This document shows positions 11,360 to 25,047 of a stretch of DNA of 64,000 nucleotides, piece by piece. Origin of the DNA: Lama glama (lineage: Eukaryota); the NCBI GenBank assembly GCA_028534125.1, contig CM052817.1, forward strand, positions 104,410,001 to 104,474,000, written 5' to 3'. Each line of letters begins with the position of its first letter. The first letter of the stretch is position 1. The position numbers were made by a program, and so were the translations under genes. Under the pieces are notes generated by a model that saw nothing but the letters and a program-made list of their open reading frames with translations, had not been told where the DNA came from and ran no database searches.

Positions 11360-14300
11360 AAATTTATTTTATTTTATTTTTTTTATTGACATGCAGTTGA
11401 TTTACAATGTTAGTTTCAGGTGTACAGCAAAATGATTCAGTTATACACACACACACACACACATTTTCAGGTTGTTTTCCATTATAAGTTATTACAGGAA
11501 ATTGAGTATAGTTCTCTGAGCTTACGGTAGGTCCTTGTTGTTTATCTGTTTTGTATATAGAAGTATGTATCTGCTAATCCCAAACTCCTAATTTACCCTC
11601 TTTCCTCTTTGGAAACTGTAAGTTTGTTTTCTGTCTGTGAGTCTATTTCTGGTTTGTAAATAAAATTTGTATGTTTTTTTAGATTCCACATATAAGTGAT
11701 ACCATATGATATTTTTTCTGGCTTACTTCACTTAATATGATAATCTCTAGGTCCATCCATGTTGCTGCAAATGGCATTATTTCATTCTTCTTTATGGCTG
11801 AGGAATACTCCATTGTATGTGTGTGTGTCTTTATTCAGTCATGTATTGTTGGAAGTTTAGGTTGCTTCCATGTCTTGGCTATTGTAAATAGTGCTACTGT
11901 GAATACTGGGGTGCATGGGTTTTTTTTGAATTATAGTTTTTTCTGGATAATGCCCAGGAGTGGGATTGCTGAATCATATGGTAACTCTATTTTCAGTTTT
12001 TTAAGGATTCTCCATACTGTCCTCCATAGTGAATGCACCAATTTACTTTCCCACCAGCAGTGTAGGAGGGTTCTTTCTTCTCCACACCCTCTCCAGCATT
12101 TATCATTTGTGGACTTTTTAATGATGGCCATTCTGACTGGTGTCAGGTAATATAGCTCATTGTACTTTGATTTGCATTTCTCTAATAATTAATGATATTG
12201 AGCGTCTTTTCATGTGCCTGTTGGCCATCTGGATGTCTTCTTTGGAGAAATGTCTATTTAGGTCTGCTCATTTTTTGATTGAGTTGCTTGGTTTTTTGAT
12301 ATTAAGCTATTTGAGCTGTTTGTATATTTTGGAAAGTTGTCCCTTGTTGGTTGTGTCATTTGCAAATATTTTCTCCCATTCTATACATTGTGTTTTCATT
12401 TTGTTTATGGTTTCCTTTGCTGTGCAAAAAGTTTTAAGTTTAATTAGGTCCCATTTGTTTATTTTGATTTTATTTCCATTAGTCTAGAAGCTGGTTCAAA
12501 AAATATATTTCTGTGTTATGTCCAAGAGTGTTCTGCTTATGTTTTCCTCTAGGAGTTTTAGAGTATTTGGTCTTACATTTACGTCTGTAATCCATTTTGC
12601 ATTTATTTTTGTGTGCGGTGTTAGAGAATGCTCTAATTTCATTCTTTTGCAGGTAGCTGTCCAGTTTTTCAAGCACCACTTATTGAAAATATTATATTCC
12701 ATTGAAGAGATTGATATTGACATTGAAGGGATTATACCCATTGTATATTCTTATCTCCTTTGCTGTGGATTAATTGACCATAAGTGTGTGGGTTTATTTC
12801 TCGATTTTTCTATCCTGTTCCATTGATCTACATGTCTGTTTTTGTGCCAATACCATACTGTTGTGATTACTGAGTTTTGTAGTATAGTCTGAAGTCAGGA
12901 AGTGTGATTCCTCCAGTTCTGTTCTTCTTTCTCAAGATTGTTTTGGCTATTTTGGGTCTTTTCTGTTTCCTTAAAAATTTTAACACTTTTTGTTCTAGCT
13001 CTGAGAAATATGTCACTGGTAATTTGATAGGGGTTGCGTTGAATCTATAGGTTACCTTGGGTAGCGTGGTTATTTTAGCAATATTGATTTTTCCAACCCA
13101 AGAACACAATACATCTTTCCATTTGTTTGTGTCGTCGTCTTCAGTTTCTTTCATCAGTGTCTTATAGTTTTCAGAGAACAGATTCTTTGCCCCCTTAAGT
13201 AGGTTTACTCTTAGGTATTTTATTATTTTTGATGTAATGGTAAATGGGATTGTTTCCTTAATTTTTTTCTGATATTTAATTGTTGATGTAGGCATGTCAC
13301 TCTCAGAAAACATTATTTAATCTAATTTGTTATTCCCCAGCTCTCATTGTTAGTGTATAGAAATGCAACTTACTTCTGTATATTAATTTTGTATCCTGCA
13401 GCATTACCAGATTCATTGATGAGCTCTAGTAGTTTTCTGGTGGCATTTTCAGGATTTTCTATGTATAATATGTCATCGGCAAACAGTGACAGTTTTACTA
13501 CTTCTTTTCCAATTTCAATTCCTTTTATTTATTTTTCTTCTCTGATTGCTATGGCTAAGACTTTCAAAGCTACGTTGAATAAAAGTGGCAAGAATGGGCA
13601 TCCTTGTCTTGTTCCTGATCTTAGAGGAAATGCTTTCAGCTTTTCACTGTTGAGAATGATACTAGCTGTGGGTTTGTCATATATGGCCTTTATTATGTTG
13701 AAGTATGCTCCCTCTGTGCTCACTTTCTGGAGATTTTTTTTTGTCATAAATCGATGTTGAATTTTATCAAACACTTTTCTGCATCTATTGAGATGATCAT
13801 ATGGTTTTTATACTTCAATTTGTTAGTGTACTGCATCACATTGATTGATTTTTGGATATTGAAAAATCCTTGCATTCCTGGGATAAATCCTACTTGATCA
13901 TGGTGTGTGATTCTTTTAATGTATTGTTGGAGTCAATTTGCTAGTATTTCATTGAGGATTTTTGCATCTATATTCATTGGCTAATTGGTAATTCCTTTTC
14001 TGTGGTCTCTTAGTCTGGTTTTGATATACAGGGTGGTGGTGACCTCATCAAATGAGTTTAAAAGTGTTCTTTTTTCTGCAATTTTTTGAAATAGTTTTAG
14101 AAGGATAGACATTATTTTTTTCTCTAAATGTTTGGTAGAATTCCTCTATGAAGCCATCTGGTCCTGGACTTTTGTTTGTTGGGAGTTTTTTAAATTACTG
14201 ATTCAATTTTGGTGCTGATAATTAGTCTGTTCATATTTCATTTATTTCTGTTCAAATCTTTATGATTTCTTTCCTTCTACTAACTTTGGGTTTTGTTTGT

Positions 14301-14505
14301 TCTTTCCCTAATCACTTTAGGTGTGAGTTTAGGTTGTTCATGTGAGATTGTTCTTGTTTCCTGAGGTAAGCTTGTATCACTATAAACTTCTCTCTTAAAA
14401 CTGCTTTTGCTTCATCCCATAGGTTTTGGATCATCATATTTTCATTTTCATTTGTCTCAAAGTATTTTTTGATTTCCTCAGTGATCCATTGGTTGTTTAA
14501 TAGCA
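11360..14505 (-). mobile_element. Truncated, disrupted L1 (ORF2 RT and C-terminal region plus 3'UTR)
   Basis: Minus-strand ORF pieces [56 protein letters not shown] and KCWRGCGE; several frameshifts and deletions; T-rich tail at ~11360. Confidence 0.96.
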
Positions 14506-14739
14506 TAGAAATTTTGTCTTTTTGATTTGGGAGTGTCACTTGAAGAAAAATGACTAAATCTAATTTGCTATTCCCCAGCTCCTATTTTATCAATATTTCT
14601 AGAACTTAATTTTCAATTGTTATGGATAAACTTTCTAGTTTATTTTAACTAGGTCCTATGATTCTGTGCTAGTTTTCTCTCTCCCTCTCTCTTTCTCTGT
14701 CTCTCTCTCTCTCACACACATGCACATGCACTAAAAGTT

Positions 14740-15480
14740 ACTGACTACCCCTTCTTCTCCTGCTACTTGTAATATTTCTGGTGTTCTTTTTAATTTTTCT
14801 TTATTTACTCAAGTACCTATTTCAAGAATGATTTCATTGTATGACACTGTCAAAAGTTCTGATATCTTACATGCCTAAGAATATATTTATGTCCTCCCAT
14901 TTGAAGAATTATTCAACTGGGTATTCTTTAATACTTTAAAAGTATTACTCCACTTTTCTTGTATCATATGTTTCTACCAAAGTGTTTGACAACCTGATTC
15001 TTGCTCCCACATGGGAGACTTGCTTTTCTCTTGGAACGTTTTTTTGGAATACTCTCATTGTCTTTGATACTCTTAAAATTCACTAAATTTGTTAGGTAAT
15101 GGTTTTCTGTTCTCCCCTTGTTTAGCATTCTAAATTCTTCCACCCTGAAGTCTTTCCTCCTTCTTTAAGCTTGTGAAAGTTTGTATTTATTATTATATTT
15201 TATGTATACTTTTCTGTATCTTTATATTTTAGAGCCATCTTCTGGGAGAGTGCCTCCATATTATCTTCCAAATCACTAATTCACTCTTCAGCTACGTCTA
15301 GCCTGGTATTTATCCCTTCTATTATGTTCATTATTTCAACCATTGTATTTTACTGTCTAATATTTCCAATTCTATAACATTTTTTGTTTATTATTGCTGC
15401 TGTCTTACCTTTTCTACTCAAGCATAAATATTATGCTTATTTTAAATTCTCACTCCAGTGATTGTGCTTCAGATGGTATG
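14740..15480 (-). mobile_element. Ancient L1 (L1M-type) fragment
   Basis: Degenerate T-rich antisense L1 ORF1-region sequence (ctaattcactcttcagctacgtctagcctgg, tttcaaccattgtatttt). Confidence 0.55.
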
Positions 15481-16914
15481 TGTCATCCAACTGAAACATC
15501 TTACAAAGGCTGCATCACCAGGTCCCAGTATTTGATTTGTGACACTGCTTCCCTGGAGAAATCAGTTACTCTGGTCAGGGGTGCTGGAGAAGGACTGACA
15601 GCCAGGGGTGTGGATGAGTGACAGCAGAGGGCTCCGGACACCCAGACCTCTGCTGACAGCCCCCACCTGCTGTCACTTTCCTGGGTGCATGCTTGGGTCA
15701 GGTTTTCATCTCAGCTTTTGAAATGAAATGAGGAGCATAAGGAGGAGTTTTCCTTCCTAAGCGGTAACCTACTGCCCTGGGGATTTAGACCAGGTGAGGC
15801 TGGAGGAGCCCTAATGTGTGAGGGCCCCTGTTCAGCCCTCCTCAGCGCATCACCTTTGTTTCCTTGTCGCTTGTGTTTGGCTCTGTTATGGTTTTCAGCC
15901 CTGATTGTACCTTAAGTCACTATCCTCCAGATCTTGGTGGTGAGTTGGATGATGAAAGGGAAAGGAGTGATGGTCTGAAGACAGTGAAGGGGAGAAGCAA
16001 AAGAGGAACTTGAGAGATTCCCAAAGGCCCTTTACCCCTCCCCAAACTCCCTGTTCAAGGCCTCGGTCAGCCTCCAAGGGGTGGGTCAGGTCGGGTTGGC
16101 TGTTAGTTATGTGAGTGACTCCTGTAGTTCATGTTTCTGCTCTCAGCTTTGGTATTTCCAAGTTTGATTTTGAAGGAGTGGCTAGGAACCACACTAGCTT
16201 ACCATCATAACTGGAGTAGAAGTTTTATTTGTTTTTTTTTCTTACATTTCTTTGCTTTGAATCAGTACTAGCTTTATTCTCTAACTGCAGTTCATGAATC
16301 ATATTCATGACAGATTCCAAAAGTAATATATAATGTATCAAATTCTGTGGCATATGGTGAGCACTCAAAAAAAAATTTTTGCCTTTTATGATAGTATGTT
16401 CACGGATTTCTCTAGGAAATCACAACTTTATTTCTTCCTTTTTTTAGATATTGCCATATCTCACATATTTTTGTCACCTGCATTTCATGGAATAGCTGTT
16501 TTACGACTGATAAGAAAGCAAATCTTATTTAATAGGACGTCTCTACTCTGTTACCATTCTGTTTCAGTATAGAAAACCAAGAAAATTCCTCTGGTTTTGT
16601 TATTGGAAACTGACTAAACAAATAAGAAAAAGCAGAACTAAAAGCCTAGTGTGAAGATAATGAAGAAAGTTTGGAAATTTCAAAATGTTGAACATTAAAA
16701 TAAAATGCACCTGTCATGAAACCCTGGCCAGAGCGGTAAATTAATTCAGCATTCTTGGATTTCATTACATAATACTCATTCAATTAGGCTTTTGCTAAAT
16801 CTTAAGTAGGGCAGTTTTAAGCGAAAAGTTTTAAAAGGACATGTTCTTTGACCAGCAACTTATGTCTAGAAATGTACTTGAAGAAATAATGAAGAATTAC
16901 TCACAAATTAGTTT

Positions 16915-17180
16915 CTTCAAAAATGTTCATGTCCTAACCCCTGGACCCTGTGAATATGTTGACTTCCAGGGCAAAAGAGAATTTGCAAGTGTGATTAAGT
17001 CTCTTGGGATGGGGAGTTGATCTGGGATTATCTGAGGGACCCAGTGTCATCACAGAGGCTCAGGAAGAGGGAGGCAAGTGGTTAAGATCAGGAAAAGGAC
17101 ATGGAACAGCAGACGCAGAGATGGAAGGATGTCCTTTGACAAGGAAAGAAGGAATGAGCCAAGCATGCAGGTGCTTCCAG
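16915..17180 (+). mobile_element. MaLR LTR (MLT1C/D-like)
   Basis: atgtcctaacccctggaccctgtgaatatgttgac...ggcaaaagagaatttgcaagtgtgattaag. Confidence 0.82.
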
Positions 17181-17249
17181 AGTCTCATTTTTAACAATGA
17201 ATTTACTAATAAAAATAGCTGCATTTTAAGTGATAGGGAAATTTTAAAA

Positions 17250-17410
17250 ACATTTGCATATATTATCTCAGTTAATTGCTCCGGTGAAGTGGATATACTG
17301 TCCCCATTTTACAGATGAGGTAATTAAGGCACTGAGTCCGTAGGGGCTCACACTTAGTGACAGATTTGAAACTAGGACATGAGACCCCTGAGCCTGCACT
17401 CTTAGTCCTC
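17250..17410 (-). mobile_element. MIR SINE
   Basis: ccccattttacagatgagg core. Confidence 0.8.
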
Positions 17411-20329
17411 TTTGCATAAATAACCCTGGACAGTAAACAAAGCAAATTTATACAACATGGCAATGCTCTGTAGTGAAAGATGGACACCTTTCATATACTT
17501 CTTTTCTTTATCTGAACAATAAACTTTAACTACTTTTGAAATGCAGAAAAAAATAAGTTTATAAAAGAATAGAAAACAAAAGTTTTCAAAATCTGTTGAG
17601 ATGGTCTTTGAAGAAAAGGTTTCTTTCCTCATTTTTATTTTTAGGAAAATTAGCATCATTCTTATTTCAAATTAAATTGCTGTGAGGGTTTTAGGTAAAT
17701 ATGTAATTGTCTAGAGGATGAAATTATGTCATGACCTGCTTGATTACATACCATTCAGAGTTTTGCAAATCTAATATATGCATATTTAAATACCGACACA
17801 TTTACTTATAAATACCAGCAAAGATACATATTAGAAAATGTAGCATGAGGAACTGAACTAAAAAATTAATCCTGGAGGAAAATAGGATCTGATTAGCCTC
17901 TAATATGACACACCCCTGACACTTACAAGGACAGTACCTACAAAGGGATACAAAAAACTACCAGACTAGAATGATGCTTTACAAAAAGGGGTGGGTGGCG
18001 GTTGGTAAAAGAATTACATTGTGTTCTCACTAAAAGATAGCTGTCAGACTCTTGATTCCACCAGATCCCTTCTGAGACGTGTGGCATCTCTACTAAAGCA
18101 GCTATTGGCAGCTCTCCCTCCATCATGAGTCTTGCTTTCTGAAGCAGCCAGTATGGATTCAAACACCCTCAGTCACTCTCAGCTTTAGCACATCTTGTTG
18201 GTAATTGTGTGCATCTTGTTGATAATTATATTTCCCGGAAAACAAAAAGGCAGACTAACAGAGAAATGGCTATTTAATTATAGAAGAGATAAGGCACAAG
18301 AGCCTTTGTACAGCAGGTCGTGATGATTTTGTTTTTTCTTTACATCATCCATTTATAAGGTCTAGGAGAACACCTCCTAGTTATCCAACTGCTAAGACAG
18401 CAAGGAGCTACATCCTCCACCAACCATCCAGTGAAATTCAAGGGGAAGGATTCAATGAGCAAATGAGTGAACCCGGAGTGAATGAAGTCAAGATCATCTC
18501 ACAGTTTTCCCATTGACACTCCAGGTCTGCCTGGCTCTCCTCTCGTTCAATGATTAGTGAACAGAAATGAAATTGTTTGCCAGGTACTCCTATAAGACAA
18601 GAGAAAGAAAACACTTGAAGATTCGTAAGAAAAATAGAACTGTTACGGTGATTGACATCCAGAAGTAGAACTTTTGTCTTTCTTCTTAGCAATTATATCA
18701 CCAGCTCCTAAAACATTTGTGTGACTCAGTGGACATTCCATAAATATTCATTGAATTAATGAATAAACCATTTCAAAAAGTATTCCACATTCTCAGTGGG
18801 TAATAAGAGGTCTTTTAATCTATAAAGCATAAATGTAAAGCTACACTGAGAATAAACTGAGACCAGAAAAAAAAAAAAGGGAAACATACAAAGTAAATGC
18901 AATTGAAGGAGTAATAGATGATAGATACAAATAATGCTTCCATTATATATGAATAAATACTCATTCTCAGTCTAAAACTTTTATTTTAACTTTATTTTTT
19001 AACGTACAGAAATACTAAAATGTATATAGTAGAATCTCTGTTTCTCTCGCTCTCTTCTTGTTCTTTCTGGTTTCTAGTTTTTCTGTCTAACTTAGAAAGA
19101 CACTTATCATTAAAAGTTTTTTTCCACTTCTTTTATAGTTTTTAAGGTGAATCTTTTTAACCCAGTTGAAATTTATGATTATGCATGAGGAGAGATTTGT
19201 GTATAATGAATGGCTTTTAAACAGATAAACTGTAACTCACCCTAGGTGACTCCTGCTTCTCTTAATAACTAATTTGGATCATTACTCCCACCAAAAAACA
19301 ATTAGAAAAGCTAAAAGAATTATTTTAAAAATCATCTTTGGTGCAAGAATTTGGAGAATTAACATGACAGGGATGGAGTAGCAGGCAAAGACCCAGAGGG
19401 TCGACACCTAGTGAGGGGAGCTTGACGTTTGGGGCTACTTTTCCCTGTGCAGGGAAAGAGCTATAGAGGTATTTAGCAATTTCAGAAATGGCCAAGCAGC
19501 TGATCATCTGGGAGGCCAGGGCCCCCTAGTCAGGGACCTGGTAAACACCTGCCCCCCCCACTCTGGTGGACCTTCAAGTCTGACCACACGGATTAACTGT
19601 GAGCAGAAAGTAGACATGCCTCACGGCAGGTACAGCTTGTGTCAAATCGTTTCAACACCTGGAACAAAATTAATGAGATTCTGGATTACTAATGACACGA
19701 GGTGCCTGGAATGAGCAACGCTGAATTCTCGCTTTGGCTCAAATTATTTCTAAAAAGGACTCTCAGGAATACAATGTCCAACAACAAAGCTAACCAGGCA
19801 ACCAAAGAACAAGACGATAAAACTAGAGCCACGTCAGGGTTCAGTCAGAAAGACGGCAGCTGGACCTGGATGTGTCCCCGGCATAGAGCATTTCATATAA
19901 GCACTGGAGGCTTCCAGCAACCCTGGGAGATCGGAGGAGCTGCAGATCACAGAGTTACCATGAGAAATTACTGCACTCAGCCAGAAGCACCAATGGAAGA
20001 GTTCTCCAAAGCTTTCCAAAAGCTGCTGCAATTCTCTGGAAATTCTCAGAAGCTCCCACTAATACAGAAGAGAAATGGGTGGATCTCAAGGGCTCATTGG
20101 AGAGCCTCTGTGACCCTCAGACCAGCCCACAGATCAGCTACAAAAGCCTCTGGCAAAATACGGCTTCTCCCTTCTCCCCTCCAAATACTTCCAAGAGTCT
20201 GTCCCCAAGGAGTGTGAAGGGAAAGGGACCTTGAGATCATATTCTTGGGCTTATTTTCTTGGCTTCTAGAAAATACATAGAAACATGAGAGAATTTCTTA
20301 ATGAATTCAGAAGAGTGAAAGACTTTTAC

Positions 20330-21300
20330 ACTCTGATACAGAGACCACTGACCATAAAAGAAAAGATGAATTGATCAGACTGAAATGAAATGAAGAAACT
20401 GCTCATCACAAGACATCATTGATGGAGTACAAAGGCAAGCTGCAGAGTAGGAAAAGATTTTAAACACACATAGCAGACAAAGATTTATATAAAGACCTGT
20501 GATTCACTAAGGGGGCAAAAAATCAACCTGACAGCCCAAGAGAAAAATGGTAGTTAAAGGCACGTCATTAAAGAAAATATCCAAATAGTTAATCAATGTA
20601 TGAAAGATGTTCAAGCTAATGAGTAATCAAAGAAATGCACATTTAAAGCATAAAGAGATACTATTACATAGATACTAGAAGGGCTACAATTTAAAAGGCT
20701 TAAAATACTTAGTGCTGGAGAGAATAAGGAACACGGGCAGGGGGTAGAGGGAGAGTTAACTTAAACAACCACTTTGGGCATTATCTCCGAAAATTGAAAA
20801 TTCATAAACCTTATGACTGAGCACTTCCACCCAATTATATATACAAGAGAAATGTGTGCACATTTACACCAAGATTCATACAATAATCTTCATAGCACTG
20901 TTATTTTTAGTAGTGCAAAACTTAACCCAAATCTCCAAATAAAATAGGTAAAGAAATTATGGCATGCTTATAAAATGGAACACAATACAGCAATGAAAAT
21001 GAATGAGCTTGCTTCTACAGGCAAAAAATTAATCTTAAAATTAAAAATTAAGATTAACCTTAATCTTAAAAAATTACAGTGTTGTTAGACCAGTCATAAA
21101 ATAATGCATCTTGCATAGTTCTGTTTACATAAGGTTTCAAATCAGGCAAAGTTGGAAGTAGTTGTTAGGACTACACAGACAGATGCTGAAAACATTTTTC
21201 CAAAGAAAGAAGATAATTCTCATAAAAGACAAAATAATGATTCTCTTTATGGGGGAAAAAGGTGTAGGTGACTGAAGGCTGCTTCTAAAGTGGGTGCAGT
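20330..21300 (+). mobile_element. Ancient L1 3' region (L1ME/MC-like)
   Basis: Degenerate ORF2 C-terminus and 3'UTR motifs (gtaatcaaagaaatgcacatttaaagc, tcatagcactgttatt, aatggaacacaatacagcaatgaaaatgaatga). Confidence 0.75.
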
Positions 21301-24300
21301 ATTCTGTGTCTGGACCTGATTTGTTTTGTGATAACTCATTGAGATTTCTAGCTAATTTGGGTGACTCTTCCACATATTTTACTACCAAAAAGAAGGCACA
21401 TTATGGGGCTTTCACACTATCCTCTACAATTCAAAGGAAAAATAATAAAGGAGCCTTGCTTCTAAAAGATTTGGTTTTGACTTTCAGAGCTGTTCTCCCA
21501 AGCCATCCTTATGTTTTCAACTCACCCTCGGTGCTCCGCTGACGCCACCTTCCCGTGGGAACAAAGTTGATGTCCGCCTGCCTCTGATGTGGCTTCTTTC
21601 CCACATGTGTCTAGCAGGCCTTGGTCTCCCCCAAAGACCACCTCGTTTGTTACATATAAGTTCTCACCTTTTTCTGCCCATTCTGCCTCCATCTTCCGCT
21701 CCTCCTAAGTGGAGCCAGCCACTTCGTGGTGCTGTTCTCTGCAGTATGCGTGAGCCTGTATCATCAAACAGGATACACATGAATTGCTGGCGTATCTGCT
21801 TCACTTAGGTTGTATCCATTGTTCACGGCGGGTGCTGACTACGTCTCACTGATCCTCCGTTACTAGCACGTAGCTCACTGCCCCACTGAGATTAGGCTCC
21901 AGCAGTTTCATCGAATGTAATTCACTAGTTCCTTGTCAACCTGGTAGTGAACTGGTGAACTCTGGGTTTGTTTGGAATATACTCCAAAAACTGTAGTCAA
22001 GTGTCTCCAAATTATGGTTGTTTATACCACCTGGTGATGTAACAGTATCATGGTCGATTGGTCTTATATTTATGTCAGATAAATAGCCTGATTCAATCTC
22101 TAAAGCACCCCTGGTGTTTTTAACTAGAAATATTTGGCTTACAGGGATCGTGTGTGTTTATTCTAACACAGGGCCTCCAAAAATAAAAGAGCAGAGTCAT
22201 AAAAAATTACCTTTCCATCAAATTTTAAAGTTTTTAAAATTTATATAATGGACACCGTACAGTTTATACAACCGTATCAAAATATCCTAAAGCCAACAAA
22301 GACTTCCGCACGAATTCGCCATTGCTCCAGGGGCTTCTTACATAGTCTTATTTGAAGTTTAAGGCACGTGTGTGCATTTTGATGTCCATAAGTGTTTTAG
22401 GATCCAGTCGGTGGAATGCTGTTTTCATCTTCTGATTGATGGGGCATGGTTGATGAGGGTCAAGCCTACAGTTGGAACACATAGGTAATGACGAAAAAGT
22501 CTGGTACTTTTCTATTGCTGGCCAGTGGGTGGTAGCAGCCAGCGGCTTAGCCATGTGTTCAGTGAGGAGCACGTGACTCGGTCCCTGCAGCCCTGCTTCT
22601 GGTCACCCCCCCTCACCCCACCCGTTTTTGATCAGAACCTCTGTGCACAGTTGCACTGGTGGGTTTTCTAAAAAGTATTTTGCACTGGACAAACTAACTG
22701 GCTTTAAGAAAAAAAATAGTGTTCTACAATTCTTTTTTTTTTTTTGGCTTATAAAACTTACTGCATATTATTTTAATCTCCAGAGATTAAAAATGACAGG
22801 GCACTGTATGTATACAAGCCAAAAATGGCCCCTCCTCTCAAAAACCTTGGAGTTCTTAGAGCCGTGTAACAGGAGGCTTCCAAAAATCCAGGGCTTTGTG
22901 GTTTTTGTGTCATTTCTATTTACCAGTTTAACAGTAGCACTTTAAACTGTTTTTAAATGATGATTTTAAAATGGGAACATGTAACCGTGGTTAGAAACAG
23001 GAAGTATAAAGCAGAACCTTGAAGTCTCTGAAAATAGGCCAAAAAAGAAAAGTCTGTAAATTCTGTCTTGTGACATGGCGTCTGTCCTGTGATTCCTCTG
23101 CTCCTTGAAATTAAACTTGACAGTGAGAACAGGTGGATAGAGGCTCAACCCATTCAGTGAGAGGAAGCCTGCATGGACCCAGGAGGAAGGGATGGATGGT
23201 TGCTCTTTAAAATCAGTGTTTTGTATTTATGGAGATGCAGGTGGTCTAAATCCCAATGTGTACTTCTTTGACAAATTCCTGATAATGAATTCCTTAAATA
23301 ACCACTTTACAGAAGCATGTACACAGAACTGGCACAAAAAATCAAGAGGGTTTTATTTTGGTGTGTTGGGTGGGGAGGAGGGGGCTGTGCGCGCGTGCTT
23401 GCACGCACGCATGCGTGCAACTCAAAAAGAGGAAGAACTGGTTAGGAGCAATAAAATAAAAAACATTTTTTTTAATGCTGAAAATTTTTGTTTAAAATCA
23501 GTTTGAGAATCACCCACACGATGAAAATAGAAATAGAAAAATATCATAAAGCTGTGTATTACAGTAGCCAAAACTTTATCAAAGTAACGCTACCAAATGA
23601 CGTATTTTACGGTTTTCAGAAGGGTCGGGGACAAATGGTTCAGATGCTCTGGTTCGCCTCGTTCATTAGAACTAGATAGATGAGGAGGTATTAATGCCTT
23701 GGACCATTTATTGATACTGGTTCTCAGGATTAAGCAATGATGACGTGAATAAGGCTCAAGGGTAAGTTAAGTGAAATAAGACATTTTAACTCCCGGTGTG
23801 AGGTTTCAGTGAGCATGTTTGCATGCGCCGTATTGTACGTGAGAGTTTGCCTGGAGGAGCGTGGAGGTGTCACCCACACGCACCCACTCGACACCGGACA
23901 GCCCCCCTCCTCCCTCTCCCCCTCCCCCTGGCATTCATTTAAAAACCCTCCCTCCGAGAGATTGCCTCGGTATGCCCAATGCAGCACCAAAACTGATAAC
24001 TTTTACTTATTGAAAAGCGATCTAAGATGTTTTTAGAAAGACTTACAATAAAACGCAAAGTGGCTTTGAGCGTTTACTCTAGAACACAGATTTATTCTGT
24101 CTCTGGCAGGGGCGTCAGTGGTCAGAGTTTTCTAGCTAGTTTGCACCATATTTTTTCCCTCGTGGGAAAAGAAAAATCACAATGAAGGGGAAAAGAGTGG
24201 ATAAAGGGGATGAGTTCGCACTTCACTTTCATAATCTTCAAGCACACAGCTGGCTTGTCTAACAGGGTTTTTTTCTTTAAATGTTGCACGTGCTCAAGCA

Positions 24301-24784
24301 GTACTTCCAGGGAACCTTGAATGTTTTTGTCACACATGTAAAAATGTAATGAAAGAAAATGATAGTGTGAGTGGAGGAATTTGGTTAGTTGTCTTTCCTG
24401 CCTGAAAATGCACTTTGAAGAGGATTTCTTTGAGGCAGAAGGACTGGTCGGTTGCTCTAAGTCCCCTCCCCTGCCCCACCCACCCCATCACCCGAGTGTC
24501 TACACTTCTTAGAACAGACTGCAGTCAGCCAAGTTCTCCCCAGAGCAGATTCCTGTTTTGGCAACATTTTGAGCATCTCTGTTCAGTTATATTCTTGACA
24601 GAAGCTTTTAAGCAACTTAAACACATTGTAATTTGTATCCATAGAGTTACTTTTGTCTGTATTCCTAAATATTCTGACATCAAGAGTGACATGGGATTTT
24701 CCTGTGTCCCCAGACGTATAGTGGAATCAGCTCTCTTTTGTTCTGCAGAATGTCCTGAAACGGCCGGGATCAGGACCAGAGCAT

Positions 24785-25047
24785 CCTGATCAGGCTGCAT
24801 CGTGGCTTCCTTGAGCCCAAAGCACTGCTGCCTTTGGTGCTTCTCCTTACTCCTCCCAAAATTTAAACTTGTTCTTTATGACCATGTTAGTATAAAAACA
24901 GATACCGTCTAGTCTGGATTCATTGTTATGCCTTTATTTTTATTAATTTTAAAGAAACAAAAATCAAAACATTTTGATGAGCCTTTAAACATATCACAGG
25001 TCTTAAGCCCTGTGCCTCCTGTACCTTACTGGATAAAGTGACCCTGC
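24785..25047 (-). mobile_element. hAT-Tip100 MITE (MER96B-like)
   Basis: The reverse complement begins cagggtcactttatccagtaaggtacaggaggcacaggg...aaaatgttttgattt, like the MER96B 5' end. Confidence 0.65.

Noticed and set aside
12682..12750. Threefold ~20-nt attgaa... repeat inside L1
   Set aside because: Local slippage duplication within a dead L1; no spacer structure and not CRISPR-like
11737..13774. Multiple 66-148 aa ORFs on both strands
   Set aside because: Frameshifted L1 ORF2 fragments and their antisense frames; the element is not intact
19702..20217. 171-aa + strand ORF
   Set aside because: GTG start, no recognisable domain or convincing splice signals; compatible with chance
21027..21072. 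ttaatcttaa / ttaagattaa / ttaatcttaa fold-back triplet
   Set aside because: Short AT-only micro-rearrangement inside an ancient L1; no evidence of function
22157..22465. Possible minus-strand terminal exon (acceptor at 22465, AATAAA at 22162-22157)
   Set aside because: Weak pyrimidine tract, unrecognised peptide, and such signals are common by chance in AT-rich DNA
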